Part shown: piece by piece, positions 36,695-49,545 of the stretch
How the letters are laid out: the number at the start of each line of letters is the position of its first letter
Position numbering within the stretch: the stretch's first letter is position 1
NCBI RefSeq assembly: GCF_006345805.1
Contig: NC_043010.1
Span: 20,522,001-20,586,000 of the forward strand
From: Octopus sinensis
Taxonomy: Eukaryota
DNA: 64,000 bases
Direction of reading: 5' to 3'
Made by a program: the position numbers and the translations under genes
Notes under the pieces: model-generated
What the model saw: the letters and a program-made list of their open reading frames with translations, nothing else
Told to the model about the DNA's origin: nothing
The model's database searches: none

Positions 36695-37050
36695 TGCCTT
36701 TGCACAGCTTCTAATGCTGGAGATGTACTACAGTGTCAGCTGTTCACTACCAGTGAACTTAGGTAACACCTCTTAGTTTTCGAGCACCTTCTGGAGAATT
36801 TGAGCAGTTCCAAGCAGTGCTGTTTTCTGCAAGTGCTCCACCCTTATTGCAGCCCCTATTTGTTCCATGTACTTCTTGAGATTTTTGCTCACTGTTCCCA
36901 GGGCTCCGACAGTTATTGGTACAACTGCTACCTTTTTCATCGACCACAACTGCTTAACTTCCCAAGCTAACCTGTCATAACTCTCGACTTTTCTTTCTTC
37001 CCTAACACATATTTTGTTGTCAGTTGGGTATGCTATATCTATGATCCAGC
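36695..37050 (-). pseudogene. R4/Dong-type REL LINE 3' fragment
   Basis: IIDIAYP…YDRLAWEVKQLW…VVPITVGALG…LQKTALLGTA; (TAA)n on both sides; same family as 15345-15830. Confidence 0.85.
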
Positions 37051-37202
37051 CTTAATTGAGAAAGAAAACAAATTATTATTATTATTATTATGCAGGTCAC
37101 TGCCAGGAATCGAACTTGGACCTGAATAATAATAATAATAATAATGATATTAACATTGAAAAATACCCTAGGATTGAGAATCCAGGTTCGAAATTTCCCC
37201 AA

Positions 37203-37248
37203 GACACCTGATGAAGGCTGGAGGGTATATCAGCCGAAACGTTGTGTT
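37203..37248 (+). ncRNA. type I hammerhead ribozyme, family I (intact core)
   Basis: GACAC-CTGATGA-A-GGCTG(GAGGGTATAT)CAGCC-GAAA-CG-TT-GTGTT; palindrome AACGTT; predicted cut after 37243. Confidence 0.88.
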
Positions 37249-37716
37249 AACAACAAACAAGATGAGGACAGATATCCGTCAAATGTAAATGATGTACATA
37301 ATTCCTCATCTCTAAAAAATAGAACTGCATTTATATTTTGAGTTTCAATCCTGCTGACAATAATTTTATCTATTAATTTTTTGGAGTCGATAATTAAAGG
37401 ACTAATCAAAGACTGGGGTCAGTTTTAATGATTCTTGCTCCCCTCAAAATTTGAGGGTTGATTTAGAACAACCAAACAGTTTTGCCTTTCATCCTTCTGG
37501 GATTGATAAAATAAGTACCAGTTGAATACTGGGGTCAATGTAAACGTCTTAACCCTCCATGAGTGGCTGTGTGGTAGGTAGCTTGCTTACCAACCACATG
37601 GCTCTTGGTTCAGTACCACTGCGTGGCACCTTGGGCAAGTTGTCTTCTACTATAGCCTCGGGCTGACCAAAGCCTTGTGAATGGATTTCCTTGATGGAAA
37701 CTGAAAGAAGCCTGTC

Positions 37717-37763
<47 letters not shown>

Positions 37764-37769
37764 TAATTA

Positions 37770-37975
37770 GTATAAAGCATTGTGTGGAATATATTATATT
37801 GGTGGGTAAGGCCGGAACAATGTGAAATAAATCCAAGGCAAATCACGAGAAAACAGGCATATGAATTAATGGGGAATTACCCTGCATTTAGTATTTCAGG
37901 GCTATGACCCCGAACAGCTTATGACCCTTGGATTTATTTTACATTGTTCCAGCCTTACCCACGAATTTTATAATA
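37770..37975. mobile_element. IR-bounded insert in the (TA)n of an S1 SINE, with a decayed HHR
   Basis: 37-bp inverted repeat with 2 mismatches at ~37802-37838 and 37926-37962; GGGG/CCCC-GAACAGCT at 37871-37920. Confidence 0.6.
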
Positions 37976-38586
37976 TATATATGTATATGTTTGTGTATCT
38001 GCGTTTGTACCATTGCTATCGCTTGGCAACCGATGTTGGTGTGTTTACGTCCGTGTAACATAGCAGTTCAGCAAAAGAGACTGATAGACTAAGTACTAGG
38101 CTTACAAAAGAATAAGTCCCAAGGTTGATTTGTTTGACTAAAGGCGGTGCTCCAACATGGCCGCATGACTGAAACAAATAAAAAATTTGAAAACAATAAA
38201 ACAAGCGTTCAAGGAAATGGCAACTTGGCAGAAAATTAGTTGGATATTAGACTAAATTTAGTCCCTCCTCTTTATGTACTGAGTTCAAATCCTGCCAGGA
38301 GTGAAAGTAATTTAGTTACTTTATAATTTAAAAAAAATGTTTTATCCATTTTGCATGTATTTTGTGAAAAGCAGTGTCATTTGTGAAGGTTTGTGATGGA
38401 CCAATCAAAGCCAATCATTGCATTCACTGCATTCCTGATGGCAAGAGACTGTCAAGGTGGTGTCTATGGAAACTGGAGAGATCAAATACCACAGCGGATT
38501 TTATTTATTACTTTTGTCAATAATGTGTATAACTTTCACTGATACACACACACACATGTACATTCTGTGTGTGTGCATCTCTCTTT

Positions 38587-38620
<34 letters not shown>

Positions 38621-38662
38621 CCATCCATCCATCCATCCATCTCTCTCTCTCTCTCTCTCCCT

Positions 38663-38694
<32 letters not shown>

Positions 38695-39949
38695 CTCTGT
38701 CTACAAATACCTGATAATGCTGCCATATGTCTTCCCTCACAAACCTTGTAACAACAAAGCTTTGAATATTATCTCCCAACATCCACTGATGCCGAAAAAG
38801 ATGTGAGACTGAATCAGGTTTCACAGGTGCATAGCATTTACAACAAGTAGAAGACAACCAAAATCCTTGAAGAGAATGCTAACAAACGCCAAATTCCTGT
38901 CGACAACAATTAAAAAATTTGGTCAACCCAACTGTGGAATATGTTTTAACTTGCCTGAAGGAAAAGATCAGAATTAAATATGATAGACAGACAGATACAT
39001 GTATGTATCATCATCATCATCATCATCATCACCATCACCATCATCATCATCATCATTAACACCAATGACATCATTTAATGCCTGTCCTCTATGCTGGCAT
39101 CGTTTGGACAATTTGACAGAGTCCAAGAAGCTGGGAGACTACTTTGAGTTCTGATGTTTGTTTTTGCGTGGTTTGTATGACTGGAAAGCCTTCCTAATCA
39201 TGCCAACCACTTTTCAGAACGTGTGTGTGTGAGTGTGTGAGATTGGCTTTAGCATAGTTTCTTTCTCCCTTACTTTCCTTTAGGCCTGGTCACTATGGAA
39301 ATGGATACTTGATCCTTTGTTGCACAGTGGATTTGAACCTAGAACCACGTGACTGCAAGGCGAACTTCTGAATAATACTACATCACTGTTTCCACGAATG
39401 AAATGTTAAAAGAAGGAGCAGATATTTACAAAGGTCCGCTTCATTTATTACACCTGTGCTGGTGGTACGTAAAAAGCACCATCCAAACATGGCTGATGCC
39501 AGCGCCGCCTTGACTGGCTTCCATGCTGGTGGCACATAAAGGGCACCAACTGATCGTGGCCATTGCCAGCCTCGCTTGGCACCTGTGCTGGTGGCACGTA
39601 AAAAGCACCCACTACACTCACAGAATGGTTGGCGTTAAGAAGGGCATCCAGCTATAGAAACACTGCCAGATCAGACTGGAACCTGGTGCAGCCTCCTGGC
39701 TTCCCAGACCCCGGTCGAACCATCCAACCCATGCTAGCATGGAAAACGGACGTTAAACGATATTGATGATGATGAACCTCTCCAATAAAATCAGATTAAT
39801 ACATCAATTGGGAATAAAATATCTGATTATAAATAAAATGTAATTAAGGAAAAAAAGTTAATTAGCTCAAAGGGTCAACTTGTTGGTTTTACTGATAAAC
39901 AATTAGGGACCACAGCAAGAGTTTACTCAGGAGTTTGTGTTAATTATAA

Positions 39950-40430
39950 TTAACGGTATTTAACAATTACAATTTTACTAAATCTACTAATTACAAGGGA
40001 TCATTTGCAATGAACAAATTACAATCAAGTAATTTAAATAACTAATTGAAATAATTAGCTCATGCAATTAATTAATTACACTTCACTGATTGCATTTGAC
40101 TAATGATTATTAATTACAATGAACTACTTACAATAACTAATTACATGAATTAATTGTAATAAACTCATTACAATTATGTAATTATAATTATCTAATTAGA
40201 ATGAAATAATCACTATGAATTAATTACAATGACCTAGTTACCTAATTACAATGAATGCAATTAAATAATCACAATGAGCTAATTACATTGATCTAATTAC
40301 AGTTAGCTAATTATAATGAACACAATTAACTAATTACTATAAATTCATTACAATGACTTAACTAATTACATTTAGCATTTACAATTATTAATTTCAATTA
40401 ACTAATCCTAGTTAGCAATTACAATTTTAT
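39950..40430. repeat. degenerate AT-rich repeat built on (C)TAATTACAATGA
   Basis: Many imperfect AATTAC(AATG) units at short, irregular spacing. Confidence 0.65.
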
Positions 40431-42445
40431 TATGTAATTCATCTTTCATTTCTTTTTCTTGTTTCAGTCATTAGACTGTGGCCATACTGGGGCACCACAT
40501 CGAAGAGTTTTTAGTTGAACAAATCAACCCCAGTACCATTTTTTTAAAGCCTGGTGTTTATTCTATCAATCACTTTATTGTTAAGTTACAGGGATGCAAA
40601 GGAACCAACACCCATTGTCAAGCAGTGGTGGAGGATTAACTGACACAAAGACACACACACGTATGACAGGCTTCTTTCAGTTTCCATCTACCAAATCCAT
40701 TCACAAAACTTTGGTTGGCTCCAGGCTATAGTAGAAGACACTTGCCCAAGGTGCCATGCAGTGGGACTGAGCCTGGAACCATGTTGTTGGGAAGCAAGCT
40801 TTTTACCACGCACACACACCTGTACCTCTATCCACACAGCTGTGCCTGTGCATTAATAAGTATTAGTCCCAGATACATTGTGCCCAAGGGAAAGAAAAAT
40901 ATCTTAGATATGATGCAGTGGGTTTGTATCTCCTTCATAGGGAGACAAGGGATGGGCATGGTTGGACTGTTGTACATACATACGATCGATCAACTAATTC
41001 ATACATGATAAGTGCAATCTGTGAGTGGAACAGTAAAAATATGCAAGACTTTTTTCAAGTTCCAAATGTGAATTTGTCTGTGGCAACTACATCACAAAGA
41101 TGGAGCCTTGAATCTTTGTTGGAAACCGGCTCCCTCCTCAGTGGAAGAATTATAATAATTAAGAAATAGAAGAGACATACAATAATCATGATATCTAGAA
41201 CTATAGAAATCTGCCAGACGAAATGTACTCTAATTCAAAAGGAGAAAGACAAGAACATACATATCATGGCGTTGAATACAGACATGTTGGCATAGAGGAC
41301 TAGAATTTTTGCCATTGATATAAGCCCTGTAAAAGAAATGATTATCTTTTTTGAGTAAATGCAAAGGAACAATTATTCTTGAAAAGATTATAGCAGTAAT
41401 CAAATAGTGAGATTAAGTTAATCCATACCATTGTGGAAAATTACTGGCATGTAAAAAGCACCATTCAAACGGGGCTAATGCCAATGCCACGTAACTGTGA
41501 CTGGTTCCCATACTAGTGGCACATAAAAGCACCCGCTACACTCTTGGAGTGGTTGGCATTAAGAAGAGCATCCAGCTGTAGTAACCTTGAGAAATGAGAT
41601 TGGTGCAGCTTTCTGGCTTGCCAGTTCTCAGTCAAACCATCCAGGCTATGCCAGCATGGAAAGTGGACATTGAATGATAATGACGATGACGATGATGACA
41701 TCATGGCTATGAAAGAAATTAGTCAGTTATCACAAATTGTGGAACTATGGAGAGAAATTCCAGTAGAATTTTGAACTGAATCAAGAGCTTTACCAGTTCT
41801 ATAGAAAGACCAGGGAAGATCCCTCGATTGGCTACATAAAGAGACTTAAAGAATGCTGGGATAAGAAATATCCAACATTCTCAAAACACACACACACACG
41901 TATATATATTATTTCACAGAATGGTGAATCTTGAAGCAGACACAGCTATAAATAAGTGTGTAAATATTGAATTAACCCAATATTTACACATTATTATTTA
42001 TAGCTTTATTTACTTCCAGATTTACCATTCTAAGTAAGAATTATTTCATGTTCTCTTGTAGTTTCTAAATTCTTATGATGTCTAGAATATACATATATAC
42101 ATAGACACACACACAGATACATGTACGCACACACACACACACGCACTTATATACACAGACATATATAGACACACATACTCAAACACAAACACATGAAGTA
42201 TTAGAAGGTGCTATAACACAACTAGTAAGAAAGAGAATAAGCATAAATGATAGAGAGGTCAGGTTTGTGCCTTCTTCAAAGAGAGACCAACGTAGAAGAT
42301 CAGTCGTTGATTAAGAGAAAGCCATTTACAGCGAACCCTAGAGTCCCTGTTGCCCGGAGTTTTCAAAGGTAACTCAGTTTAGATGAATGGCTTGCGAAAA
42401 TTAGACAAATTATATGCAATGAAAGCGTTATCAAAGGGAAAATTA

Positions 42446-42960
42446 CCGTATTTTCCGGTGTATAAGCCGCTACTTTTTACCTGAGAAATTTAGTGTGTGG
42501 CTTATAGAAAGGTGCGCCTAATGTGTGTATTTTTTAGAAGTTCCAAATGGAAAATAATTTGTGTATGGAGATCGAATGATTCCACTGATTTTTTTCAGAG
42601 GAAAGGTCGGTCGGTGAAGAACATGAAAGGCCACTGCTACAGTACATTGGCACCCGGAAGAAAACAAAGCATACTTGTTTGGTTTTATCTTCATGTTTTG
42701 ATTATGTTATTTTTAATCTAACTGGCGAAATATGTTTGTTGTTGATTACAGTAAGATAAAATCATAACAATAACAATACATCTCATAAAGCATTTTGAAA
42801 CCGCATACACGTCAACAACAAAAACGCTAGCTGCGGACCCGTGGCTCTATAGGTCATTGTAAACACCGGTGTGTCTTGTGTGTGGATAAAACCAAAATCT
42901 CCCCCAAAATCCGGTCCTGAGGCTTATATACCGATGCGTTTTACAGACCGGAAAATACGG
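42446..42960. mobile_element. pogo/Tc2-type MITE
   Basis: Perfect 13-bp TIR CCGTATTTTCCGG / CCGGAAAATACGG with TA on both sides. Confidence 0.85.
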
Positions 42961-43619
42961 TAGCTATGAGTTCAGCGCGAAATTTATCGTGGTGGCATGC
43001 GTTCCACGGAGCTCGGTCCTTCGCTCCCTCTTGTTTATAACGGTCCTCCAGCCGATAGCAAAAGATTTTCTGAACAATTATATATGACAACACTTGTATT
43101 TTACTGACCTAATTCTCATTGTTGAATCTGTTGAAGAATTATAGAAAAGAGAATCCAAATGTAAAGGCAAAACCCCAGAATTGAGAAGCTTGAAAGTAAA
43201 AGTTTGCAAAGACAAAAAAGAAAAAAAAAAGGGTAGCAGAAAGGACTCTTCTACTGTCAGAGAGGGACCATGCTCAATAAGGAGTTGGTCAGAACTCTGT
43301 ACTAGGAACCAAATGTGAACTATAGCTGCACAAAAGATGCAATGAGTTCTTAGACAAACTGATGGAGAAGCGCGTATCCGATAAATTCTTTCTAATGACT
43401 ATAAGGTTTCCTTGAAGTAATTGTTAGTTTCTGTTACTTAATTGATTTAATTAACAGTGGGGGCAGGTGTTCCAAAGGCATAATAATTTATTTACAGCTG
43501 AAGTAAGAACGAAGTGGAAAAAGTTTAAAAAAAAAAAGAGAAAGGTTGACATTCCGAACAATTGGATTTTTTTTTTTTACTTTCAGAGTGGAGGGAAGAT
43601 TGTGTGACCCCTATGTACT

Positions 43620-43950
43620 AAGTGCAATATTCATGGTTTCCAAACGTGGACACTTGATGAGGGAGATATAATGAAGGCTGACAAGAAACGAAGCGAATGT
43701 ACTCTATCAGCTGTTGAATGTTAATGTACACGAAAAACAACATACACGAGCTGGGAGCCAAGTCGGGTACAAGAAGAACCAAATGCAGTTGGTAAGAGAG
43801 CAGACTGCATTGGTATAGATAATGTATATGGTGGATAACAGTTGGGTAAAATAATTCAGCCAAGTGGAGGGAACCTGCAGAAGAGAAAGATCAAGTTATA
43901 GGCGGGAATGGATTTTGAAAGCTGACCTTAAGAGGTCATAAGACCAATAA
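43620..43950 (+). pseudogene. decayed RTE fragment
   Basis: Frameshifted RNEANVLYQLLNVNVHEKQ…RLHWY, matching RNEASMIHWMCNVSVHARQ…RLRWY in the RTE at 33440-35370. Confidence 0.6.
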
Positions 43951-44700
43951 TGATTTCTAGTCGATGACATCGTGTCTATTCAGACAGACAGAGGGATAAA
44001 CGTACGAACACACATATATATTGGAATGTGAAGTCGATGACCAAATGTTGCAATTAAGAGGGACATTTATGTTGCCAATCCTAGCACACATTCTAACAGT
44101 ACTTGCCAAGTTTGCATATCTCAAAAATTAGAAATATCATGGAGATGTATTTGTATAGCAAGTGACTTGATCTGAGATTGTGTGCTGAAACAAAAACAAT
44201 TGCAGCATGGAAGGTGGTTTATAAGCCATTTAAAAATATACAAAAACTGTTAGATTTACTTCAATATTTAAATTTTATCTGTCGCCGTCTGAAGAATCTG
44301 TAATTCTTACCTGTATTTCAGAACTTGTTTCTTCATATGAATATAAGCTTCCCAAGCATTTAACATTTCAAAACCTTCTTGCTCCCTAACAAGTAACACA
44401 AACTGTTGAGAACAACTTGCTTTTTATCACTTTTCAGTTTTTGCAACACTCCACAAACGAAATCTATGTTTTCAGTAAACATTATCAGTCACACAGTACA
44501 TGTATTTTATTTATATACCAATTTGTTGCGGGGTGGCGACCGAATTATCTTTAACACTCGACGTCGTGTAGTGAACTTTCCCTGGATTCTATCCCACAGC
44601 AAATTTGGCGGGAGAACCAAAGCACATACACAATCTATGTGTGACTGGTAATGTTTACGTTACAAAAGACGCTTTTAATTCGTAATATATTTTCCGTTTT

Positions 44701-45163
44701 GGATCTTTTCACTTTGACCGGCAGATGGATCTTTTCCTTTCGAACGGCACTTTGTAACATAATTTCTAGTTAACTAAACACTTTTAAATTTCGTATACTG
44801 GTAGAATGTGTTTATAAAACATCTTTTTCTCTTGGCTTTATTGAGAAAATTCTATAGTTTGTAAGATATTTGCTGTTTTTCTTCTTCAATTTCTGCAATT
44901 TCAACCAATCATTGACGTCTATTGAGGTAAAAAACATTCTGTGCTGTATGAATATGTCCCTCGTTTAAGAAACAGATTGGATTTATTTACATTTGTGAAG
45001 AAAAAAAGATACCCTTCCCCCTACCCCTAACTAACCCTAACCCTAACTAACCCTAACCCTAAAACAGATTGAAATGCAATAGATCGATACTAGGGTCATA
45101 ATTATGGGTGACAATTTCATATGACACCGCTAGAAAAAACTGCCGTTCAAACCGAAAAGATCC
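44701..45163 (+). mobile_element. GGATC-terminated MITE with internal (CCCTAA)-like repeats
   Basis: TIR GGATCTTTTC…GGCAG / CTGCCG…AAAAGATCC; an inverted sister copy lies at 46754-47157. Confidence 0.8.
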
Positions 45164-45444
45164 TCTGGTTCTTATTTCATCGGTCTCTTTTTAATAAACT
45201 ACTAGATTACGAGGACAGAAACATACCAACACTGGCTGTCAAGTAGTAGAAAGACAAATAGGATCTTCCCAGATATATATATATATAAGCATGCATATGC
45301 AGATGCGTACCTATACACCCATATCCATATATACACATGCGCAAAAAATATATACATCCACACATTTATACATATGTATATGCGATATACACACACATAC
45401 ATACATGCATATATATGTTTGTATGTATATATATATATATACAG

Positions 45445-45557
<113 letters not shown>

Positions 45558-45665
45558 ATACCGGCGTAAACACATAAATGTGAAACAAGGTGGAAAAAAG
45601 AGTACTCAAATACCAGTGGTAGAGTAATATGCTTTATTTTAAGCAGCAGAAAAATTCAACAAAAT

Positions 45666-45703
45666 CTGTTACTCTGAGTTTCTCGTTGCCGTTCATCAGA
45701 CAG
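45666..45703 (-). ncRNA. minimal type I HHR motif, family L
   Basis: Minus: CTGT-CTGATGA-A-CG(GCAA)CG-A-GAAA-C TCAGA G-TA-ACAG, inside a ~165-bp island flanked by (TA)n. Confidence 0.6.
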
Positions 45704-45719
45704 TTTTTGCTAGAATGGA

Positions 45720-45772
<53 letters not shown>

Positions 45773-46537
45773 TATATATATATATATATATATACATGCA
45801 TATATATGTGCATGTTGTTGTGTGTGTAGTGAATGTATATATACGAAGTTTCAAATTATTTAGTTAACTAGAAAAATCTGAAAAATCTGGCCTTCAAAAT
45901 GAAAAGATCCGAACCAGATTTAAAAATACAAGCACTGGGACCAATTTGGTCGACTAAACTCCTTTGGACGGAACCTCATCCAGAAGAACCAAATGCAGGT
46001 GGGGGGGGGGGGCAAGAGAGGGGAGTGCAAGAAAAGAAGGGAGATATATGTATATGGACGATGTATATGAGGAATAACAACTGAAGTGGCTAAATATAAA
46101 AAGATAGTGCAGGGGTGGCCGTGTGATAAGTAGCTTGCTTCCCAACCACATAGTTCCGGGTTCAGTCCCACTGCGTGGCACCTTGGGCAAGTGTCTTCTA
46201 CTATAGCCTCGAGCCGATCAAAGCCTTGTGAGTAGATTTGGTAGATGGAAACTGAAAGAAGCCCGTCGTATATATGTACAAATATGTATGTGTGTGTATG
46301 TTTGTGAGTTTGTTTGTCCCCCAACATCGCTTGACAACCGATGTCGATGTGTTTACGTTTACGATGTTGGTGTGATTACAAACTTAGCGGTTCGGCAAAA
46401 GAGACCGATAGAATAAGTACTAAGCTTACAAATAAGTCCTGGGGTCGATTTGCTTGACTAAAGGCGGTGCTCCAGCATGGCCGCAGTCAAATGACTGAAA
46501 CAAGTAAAAAGAGTAATGAGTAACGTATATACGCACG

Positions 46538-46590
<53 letters not shown>

Positions 46591-46753
46591 AGGCTGAGTA
46601 CCTGTGTTGTTAGGTTGTACATTCCATGAGTGTGACAGAAAACATACAACTGGAGTTGTAAGTGCTATGGTGTAAGGTGAGTTGCACCTGCTAATGATGT
46701 TTCTTTTTTTTTCTTTATATCTCTTAAGATATTTGCATATTTGTTAAATATAT

Positions 46754-47157
46754 GGATCTTTTCGGTTTGAACGGCAGTTTTTTCTAGCGGTGTCATATGA
46801 AATTGTCACCCATAATAATGACCATAGTATCGATCTGTTTTAGGGTTAGGAGTGGGAGGAAGGGTATCTTTTTTTCTTCACAAATGTAAATAAACCCAAT
46901 CTGTTTCTTAAACGAGGGACATATTCATACGGCACAGAATGTTTTTTTTTACCTCAATAGACGTCAGTGATTGGTTGAAATTGCAGAAATTGAAGAAAAA
47001 AAAAAACAAGAAATATCTTACAAACTATAGAATTTTCTCAATAAAGCCAAGAGAAAAAGATGTTTTATAAAAAACAATTCTACCAGTATACGAAGTTTAA
47101 AATTTTTTAGTTACCTAGAAATTATGTTAAAAACTGCCGGTCAAACCGTAAAGATCC
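46754..47157 (-). mobile_element. second copy of the GGATC MITE
   Basis: Reverse complement of 44701-45163, with a shorter CCCTAA region. Confidence 0.8.
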
Positions 47158-47362
47158 AAATATATATTTGTTGCTACCTTCTGTAGTGTGTAAGTAAGAT
47201 GAAAAAAAAATAGAATGAAAGTAAATGTGAATGTGAGGGGAAAACTGAGGAAACCATCTTTTCACGCCATTTCATGCTTTTTCATGTAAGCAGACGTATT
47301 GCCCACCGTCATCTTAGGCGACCTCGGCAAAGATATTATAACGTAAGCAATTTATAACAAAA

Positions 47363-47714
47363 CTAGCACTATGACCTGGCAACGCCGGGTCATAGTTCTA
47401 GTGCATGCATATACAGCTGCGTGCGTGCGCACATACACGCGAGTACTGTCCAAATCGCCGACCAATCACATACTGCTTGCTGGCATTCAATTGGCGTATC
47501 AAGTTGATTGGGTTTTGGATAGAAAATTCACAAAAAATCGCTTCTATTGATTTTTTAATGGCTTTGCGGGGTGACTGGAGAAATGTAAAGATATGCGCGA
47601 CCACCCTTGGACGGTTTGGAATGACCATAGAAAGTGCGATCCCTCAAACTGAAAAATTGTGGATTTGTATAAAGGACACACACACAGACATTTTGCCGTT
47701 TATATATATAGAGA
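47363..47714 (-). mobile_element. non-autonomous Helitron
   Basis: Minus 5' A|TCTCTATATATATAAACGG; 3' 18-bp-arm hairpin (16/18) at 47363-47401 ending CTAG|T. Confidence 0.8.
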
Positions 47715-48242
47715 TAAACGGCGTTCCCGATCACTGTTCCCGATCGCTGTGGTGAGGAATCTCCAGGTTTTTTTCTTCAAACTTGCATGTTTGTACTATT
47801 TTTTTACAAGGTTGGCCTCATCAGGGCTTATCCTTCTGGAAGATTCTGAAATGTTCTATCTGATTCTTTTTATGCAAAAATTCGACAAATACCAGTAAGT
47901 CTTTGATATCTGAAGTCAACTTATCAGTGTCAATGTGAGATATTGGCTGGAAAAATGTAAAGAGGCACGTCTACTTGTTTGAATATGTGATTAGCACCTG
48001 CGGTTATTTTATTATCAAATGTGGTATGGTTGACCATAAAATACTGCGCTATCCATACAGAGCGGGGTATGTTCTATTTCTATGAGATGATTTATTACCG
48101 ATATGCACACATATAAAATGCCTACATATATACATACATACATACATACATACATACATACATACATACATACATGCATGCATGCATGCATACATACATA
48201 CATACATACATACATGCATGCATGCATGCATGCATACATACA

Positions 48243-48264
<22 letters not shown>

Positions 48265-48276
<12 letters not shown>

Positions 48277-48810
48277 CAAATTCAGGTTTATACCTGTAAT
48301 TATTGAGGTCCTAGGACATCTAACATACTGCCTAAATACCAGTCTTGAGAAATTAGGTTTCTCAAAACCAGAAAGGAGAAAGCTAATTCGAAGGTTGCAG
48401 ATCCAATCCATCACCGGAAGTGTAAAAATCTGTAAAACTTTCCAAAAGTTTAGCACTTAAATATATATGAGCATGTCTAGATATGCAACTATATGCATGA
48501 AAATACACCCATCCATCCATCCATCCATCCATCCATCCATCCATCCATCCATCAATCAATCAATCAATCCATACATACATACATACATACATGCATGCAT
48601 GCATGCATACATACACACACACATACATACATACACACACACATACATACATACATACATACATACATACATACATACATACATACATACATACATACAT
48701 ACCTTGTTGTTGATGTTGAAATTCCAATGAAGGAACCTTGGATCTAGGTTAGAAACTGGTTCTTTCTCTATTAGCAAGAAATCTTGAAATAAATTGAATA
48801 ATGATATACA
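48265..48810 (+). mobile_element. R4-type REL LINE 3' end embedded in (ATAC)n
   Basis: FRFIPVIIEVLG…LEKLGFSK…[16 protein letters not shown], then a 3' UTR with an internal ATAC tract. A matching 3' UTR piece lies at 54700-54810. Confidence 0.8.
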
Positions 48811-48869
48811 TACATACATACATACATACATACATACATACATACATAAATGCATACATGTATAATATA

Positions 48870-48922
<53 letters not shown>

Positions 48923-48997
48923 CATACATACATGCATACATACATACACACACATACATACATACATACATACATACATACGTAAATGCATACATGC

Positions 48998-49039
<42 letters not shown>

Positions 49040-49124
49040 ACATATCATACATACATACATACATACATACATACATACATACATACATACATACATACAT
49101 ACATACATACATGCATGATATAAC

Positions 49125-49545
49125 GATGGCTGTCCACTCGTGACCGAGGAAGACCATTGCCCATGCAAAATACCAGCAATCCCTGTGCATGAGGTTGTAC
49201 CTGCGTTAGTTGCACTCGGGTTCGCACCCGCAAAGCTTCCATGCTCGTCGCGGCGCCCTTCTATTCGATCAGGTATCAGAAAGTCGCCTCAACACCGACA
49301 GTACAACCTAAAATTTTAAGCCCAATAAGGCATGCACAGCACCTAACAGACCCTCCCCACTCTTATGACATGACCCAGAGGCAAACCAGGGCAAGATAGC
49401 CAGTGACAGTATGGGTCGCAAACTCAGGAATTGGAAGCGCCATGATCTCATTCTCAGGCAAAAAGACCCCCAAAATGTTCAGTGCCATTCCTTGCATATC
49501 TGTTTTTATAGCAGAATGACCTTCTTCTAGAGACATACAAACACT
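49125..49545 (-). mobile_element. probable RTE 3' end with (TATG)n tail
   Basis: Terminal GGTCTTCCTCGGTCACGAGTGGACAGCC resembles the tip at 6298; a diverged sister copy lies at ~55730-56230. Confidence 0.45.

Larger units (their letters stand above)
36480..37335. mobile_element. head-to-head pair of family I HHR-SINEs; the minus copy is split by a Dong-type LINE
   Basis: Minus body at 36480-36620 and minus B-box piece at 37091-37120; the + copy starts at 37119. Confidence 0.8.

Noticed and set aside
45022-45062. (CCCTAA)n as a telomere or interstitial telomere
   Set aside because: Short, imperfect and internal to a TIR-bounded MITE.
47810-47830. Minus-strand CTGATGA-GGCC (also CTGATGA at ~52925 and ~9779) as HHRs
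   Set aside because: No matching stem II partner followed by GAAA and NUH within range.
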